This document shows, piece after piece, positions 60,326-64,000 of a DNA stretch of 64,000 nucleotides. The notes under the pieces were generated by a model. It was not told the DNA's origin, ran no database searches, and saw only the letters and a list, made by a program, of their open reading frames with translations. The stretch lies in the IMG/VR virus record IMGVR_UViG_3300031555_003590, positions 64,001 to 128,000 of that record. One strand, written 5' to 3'. Made by a program: the position numbers and the translations under genes. Position 1 is the stretch's first letter; each line of letters starts with the position of its first letter. The DNA comes from a virus (Duplodnaviria > Caudoviricetes).

Positions 60326-62263
60326 ATGAATGATAATAAAAGTTCTGGCTTTAGTGTTTTAGATATGGCTGATAGTTATGCTGCTGCTAATAATATTGAT
60401 ACAGCTGATATTTTTAGAAAAAATCCTGTATCTGGTAATATTAAGGCTGAACTAGAAGCCAATGAAACTATTGAAAAACAATCTACTGAAGAAACAACAA
60501 ATCAACCTATTAAACCGATAACACGAGAAAAGAAAGAATGGATGCCTGATTCTTCTTTGCTTGAAGGAATGAATGAATTTTCTGGTCCTGTAACTTATCA
60601 TAAAGATGAAATTAAAGTATCTTCTGATACTGAGTTAAAAAATATTTCTGATGATAATGCAATTAAAGATAGCATGGAAACCATGAATGAATTAGATCGG
60701 AAGAGAGTAAATATTGAACAAGCAAAGAAACGTCATGGTATTAAGAATTTCCAAATTCCTGAGGGTCCTTATCATGCTTCTATTTTTGCTGCCGCTGGAG
60801 ATACTAATTATAAACGAGCTCAAGAAAAATTAGATGAAATTTTTAATGAAATTAAAGAAACTTATCCTGAGTTTATTTTAGAATGGGAGAGTAAAGAAGA
60901 AGCTCCAATCAATCAAGATAATGATTTAATGGAAAATGTTATAAAGAATACTCCTTCACTAAAAGAAAATAAACTAGCTGATGCAATTGTAAATGATCCT
61001 AATATAATTCTTCCAGATTCTGAAATTAAACCTTTGGAAAGTGAAGAAGTAAAAGTTATAATTGATAAAAGTAATCTTCCTGAAGTATCTTGGACTCCTG
61101 ATGAACTTGATAAAATTAAAAAGTCTCGTACAGTAGAATTGAATATTATTGAGTCTTCTCCTCTTGAATTTAGTGAAATTCAAGATGTAGATAGTAATAT
61201 GGTTGATACTGTACTAGCTCCATATCAGAGAAAATATAACGATGTATCTATTGCATTACCTGCTTCTAGATATCGTGCAACTATAACTGGACTTACTTTT
61301 GCAGAATTAACAGATTTACAAACTTCAGTAGAAATGAATAGTATTGATGCAGAACGTAAAAAGTGGAGTATTTGTTATAATCATATTAGAAATCAAAATA
61401 TTGGTCCTTGGGAAGAATATAAATGGTATATTGATCCTAATACCAAGAAGAAAATTAAAGTTGGAATCAGTGATAAAGTTCCAAATAATATTAATCCAAA
61501 TGATGTTCATACAATATCTAAATTTGATGATTTCTTAATGAAAACTTCATACATTGATCTTGATTTTATTATCTGGAAGATTCTTTGTGCTACTGCAATG
61601 GAAAATGAAATAATCACTATCAATTGTCATGCAAAACGTCCTAATGGTACCACTTGTAATAAGAGCTATGATTGGGTATATAATCCTAATGAATTATTAA
61701 GAGTTGATTTAATTGATCCTGCAGTATTAGAAGAAATGAAAGTTACTGGAGAAGCTAATACTAAAGAAGAAATTCTTAATAATTATAATTCTTCTCCGCT
61801 TCATTCTAATAATACTGTAAAGCTTAGAACTTCTGGTATGTCTGTTGTATTTGGTCATATTTCAGCATATGATTATTTAAATGAAATTTTTGGATTATCT
61901 GAAGATTTAAATGCAATGATTGAAGCAGAAGATCCTAGTAGTATTTCTAAAGGATTTAATATTTTAATGCTTAAATCTATTAAAGCTATTATTGTACCTA
62001 CTACTGATGGGAAATATATGAGAATTAAGGGTGGAGAAAATCTACTTAAGGTATTTGATACTCTTGATGAAGTTGATTGGCAAACATTATTTGAAATTTC
62101 AAATATGATGACTAATCCTTATGATTTTAAATATTCATTCCAAAATCTAGTATGTCCTTCTTGTCATACTAGATCAAGTATTGATATTGAAAATATTACT
62201 AGATTGCTTTTCATATTAGCTCAGAGCCTGACCAACGTACAAGTCGTATTGAAGAGAACTTAA
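60326..62263 (+). CDS. Putative tail/baseplate assembly chaperone (T4 gp26-like C-terminal region)
   Basis: Acidic N-terminus; LPAS, DLDFI..KI, C...C and terminal CPSC; followed by an unstarted -1 frame ORF. Confidence 0.55.
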   Translation: MNDNKSSGFSVLDMADSYAAANNIDTADIFRKNPVSGNIKAELEANETIEKQSTEETTNQPIKPITREKKEWMPDSSLLEGMNEFSGPVTYHKDEIKVSSDTELKNISDDNAIKDSMETMNELDRKRVNIEQAKKRHGIKNFQIPEGPYHASIFAAAGDTNYKRAQEKLDEIFNEIKETYPEFILEWESKEEAPINQDNDLMENVIKNTPSLKENKLADAIVNDPNIILPDSEIKPLESEEVKVIIDKSNLPEVSWTPDELDKIKKSRTVELNIIESSPLEFSEIQDVDSNMVDTVLAPYQRKYNDVSIALPASRYRATITGLTFAELTDLQTSVEMNSIDAERKKWSICYNHIRNQNIGPWEEYKWYIDPNTKKKIKVGISDKVPNNINPNDVHTISKFDDFLMKTSYIDLDFIIWKILCATAMENEIITINCHAKRPNGTTCNKSYDWVYNPNELLRVDLIDPAVLEEMKVTGEANTKEEILNNYNSSPLHSNNTVKLRTSGMSVVFGHISAYDYLNEIFGLSEDLNAMIEAEDPSSISKGFNILMLKSIKAIIVPTTDGKYMRIKGGENLLKVFDTLDEVDWQTLFEISNMMTNPYDFKYSFQNLVCPSCHTRSSIDIENITRLLFILAQSLTNVQVVLKRT

Positions 62264-62409
62264 AACTTATTGAGGAATTTGGTATTTTATTTAAAGCTGA
62301 TCCTACATTTAATTATATTTTTACACAATTACCTCGTTCTCATTTTCTAAAAATTGTTGAATTACGACGAAAACGATTGGAAACGGAACCTCAACTTCCG
62401 TTATTATAA
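62203..62409 (+). other. Open -1 frame without a start codon, probable programmed frameshift extension
   Basis: 68 sense codons; overlaps the last 19 sense codons and stop of the upstream gene; CTTTTC at 62207-62212. Confidence 0.6.
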
Positions 62410-62460
62410 CTACTCTGAGCATAATCAATTAAGTTGAGATAAGAAAGAAGGTGGTATAAC

Positions 62461-62760
62461 ATGAATAAATATAAACCTGAATATTTAGGTAAAGTTATAC
62501 CAGCCGATAATCCAGGAAAACTTACAGACTTTGTAACTAATAAATACGAATCATTCTCTAAAACATATGATGCTTGTAAAGATCATTCTGATAAAATAAA
62601 TGATGTACAAGCTATAGAGTCTGAAAGTAATGATAAAAACTCCTTTAGTATGAAGATTCATACAGATAAGGATACAGTGGAGATAATTAAAAAAGCTATT
62701 GGATCAAATGACTCCATTACTATTAAAGATGACGTGATTACGGCTACATGCAATACCTAA
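62461..62760 (+). CDS. Hypothetical protein
   Basis: AAGGTGG RBS, 99 aa. Confidence 0.75.
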   Translation: MNKYKPEYLGKVIPADNPGKLTDFVTNKYESFSKTYDACKDHSDKINDVQAIESESNDKNSFSMKIHTDKDTVEIIKKAIGSNDSITIKDDVITATCNT

Positions 62761-62829
62761 TATTCATATATTAAAATAATTATTAATTAAATAAAAAATA
62801 AAGAGAGGCCAATTAAGGCCTCTCTTTAT

Positions 62830-63573
62830 TTATGTTATATTATAGCCTGCTCCAAAACATTGTCTATATCCAGGATCTCCTTCTATTAATTCTCCATTAT
62901 TATCTTTCCATCCAATATCTCCACTAAAGTAATCTTTAAATAGTTTAATCATTATTTCAATGACTGTATGAAATAGTTTATTATCAATATAAAGATCTAA
63001 TAAATGTAGTGCTGTAGAATCATTATGAGTAAATTTAATTATTGGAAAAATACAGTATATTTCTTCATTCGTTTCAGTAATATTAATTCTATTATAATCT
63101 GATATAATAAATGGATTTTGTTTACCAGTAGGAAGAGGAATTGTATAGATTTCATAAATTTTATCAAAGAACGTGTTAAAAATTTTTGCGTCATAAACAA
63201 TTTCTGATTTATAAAAATCACCACAAATAAATTGTAAAGCTTTTACTTCATAATTTATCTCTTTACTCAATTCACTACAAACTTGATTCATCAATCCATC
63301 TTCATATAACATTTTATTGAATTGATTACATATTGTTGCAATCAAATATTTTTTATGAGGAATTTTCCAATAAGTATCTTCTACTTGATCATCTGGATTA
63401 TTAGGATCATATGAATAAATTTTATTTAAATAAAATTCTTCATATACTTCAGACCATGTAGGTAATTCTTCTTTAGTATATATAGATGGTTTATATACTA
63501 ATTCATCTTTTTGTTTCATATCATCACTAGGTGATTTAATTAATTCTCCTGTAACATTATTATACCATGGCAT
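62830..63573 (-). CDS. Hypothetical protein
   Basis: 247-aa ORF coupled to the upstream gene by a TAATG overlap; terminator 62799-62829. Confidence 0.8.
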   Translation of the reverse strand: MPWYNNVTGELIKSPSDDMKQKDELVYKPSIYTKEELPTWSEVYEEFYLNKIYSYDPNNPDDQVEDTYWKIPHKKYLIATICNQFNKMLYEDGLMNQVCSELSKEINYEVKALQFICGDFYKSEIVYDAKIFNTFFDKIYEIYTIPLPTGKQNPFIISDYNRINITETNEEIYCIFPIIKFTHNDSTALHLLDLYIDNKLFHTVIEIMIKLFKDYFSGDIGWKDNNGELIEGDPGYRQCFGAGYNIT

Positions 63574-63761
63574 TATTTATCACCTTCTTCATTAATTAAT
63601 TTTTCTATTGCTTCAGCTGATGGGATTTGATCATCGGTAGAATTTTCATCTATTGTATTTACAATTCTTCCATCTAACATATCATTTACTTTATTAAAAA
63701 ATGCTTCAGAAAATATTTTTATACCTTCATTATCTAAATATTTAATTTTTTCATCACTCAA
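63573..63761 (-). CDS. Small protein with tail-fibre-like motifs
   Basis: YLDNEGI...STDDQIPSAEAI; AAGGAG RBS. Confidence 0.65.
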   Translation of the reverse strand: MSDEKIKYLDNEGIKIFSEAFFNKVNDMLDGRIVNTIDENSTDDQIPSAEAIEKLINEEGDK

Positions 63762-63783
63762 TATAATCGCTCCTTTTATTAAT

Positions 63784-63816
63784 AAAAAGATCGGGATGTA
63801 AAATCCCGATCTTTTT
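63784..63816. terminator. Intrinsic terminator
   Basis: AAAAAGATCGGGAT/ATCCCGATCTTTTT. Confidence 0.85.
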
Positions 63817-63830
63817 TATTTCTATTAATA

Positions 63831-64000
63831 TTATGCTCTATAGTTAAATCCACTATAAGCATCAAACTGAGACATTACATCAGATTGTTCTCTATTCTTC
63901 TCCCAAGTATCACGCTGATTTACATGTTTCAGAATCTGACGAGATACTTTCTTGAAACGAGGAATGGACTTCTTCATACTAATAAACATTTTAGTATCAT
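63831..64000 (-). CDS. 3' end of a gene entering from beyond the window
   Basis: Open frame ...DTKMFISMKKSIPRFKK...GFNYRA* followed by a terminator. Confidence 0.7.
   Translation of the reverse strand, partial: DTKMFISMKKSIPRFKKVSRQILKHVNQRDTWEKNREQSDVMSQFDAYSGFNYRA

Noticed and set aside
1-64000. Stop-codon reassignment as the cause of fragmented RNAP genes
   Set aside because: Long genes read through with the standard code, and the breaks are explained exactly by introns
1-64000. tRNA or rRNA genes; uracil-substituted DNA
   Set aside because: No cloverleaf or rRNA signatures were noticed by eye; base substitution cannot be seen in sequence and no diagnostic gene was recognised here

Overview
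A 64-kb, strongly AT-rich segment of a jumbo phage of the phiKZ/AR9(PBS1)-like type. The host is probably a Firmicute, inferred from strong GGAGG ribosome-binding sites and a BspA-type LRR gene. The genetic code appears standard. The window encodes two paralogous multisubunit RNA polymerase beta' subunits and a probable sigma-like subunit. It also encodes half of a split family B DNA polymerase, RecA/UvsX, an SF2 helicase, SbcC/Rad50, virion proteins and accessory genes, punctuated by perfect-hairpin terminators and a recurring (T/G)ATATATT(A/C)T promoter-like motif. The ORF track hides the main structure: six group I introns, all in RNAP genes, whose splice sites I resolved by hand from P1/P10 pairing and frame restoration. 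One beta' gene has four introns, and its catalytic NADFDGD motif is assembled from a 15-nt micro-exon (LNADF) plus the next exon (DGD). The other beta' is interrupted in the same motif by an intron carrying an antisense GIY-YIG gene. Other notable items: a sigma70-region-4/alpha-CTD fusion, two kinase-less Cache-like membrane sensors beside a holin-like gene, a module-shuffled LRR protein, a free-standing degenerate intein, a catalytically degenerate Dda/RecD helicase and a probable -1 frameshift. All family assignments come from motif recognition and memory; no searches were run.
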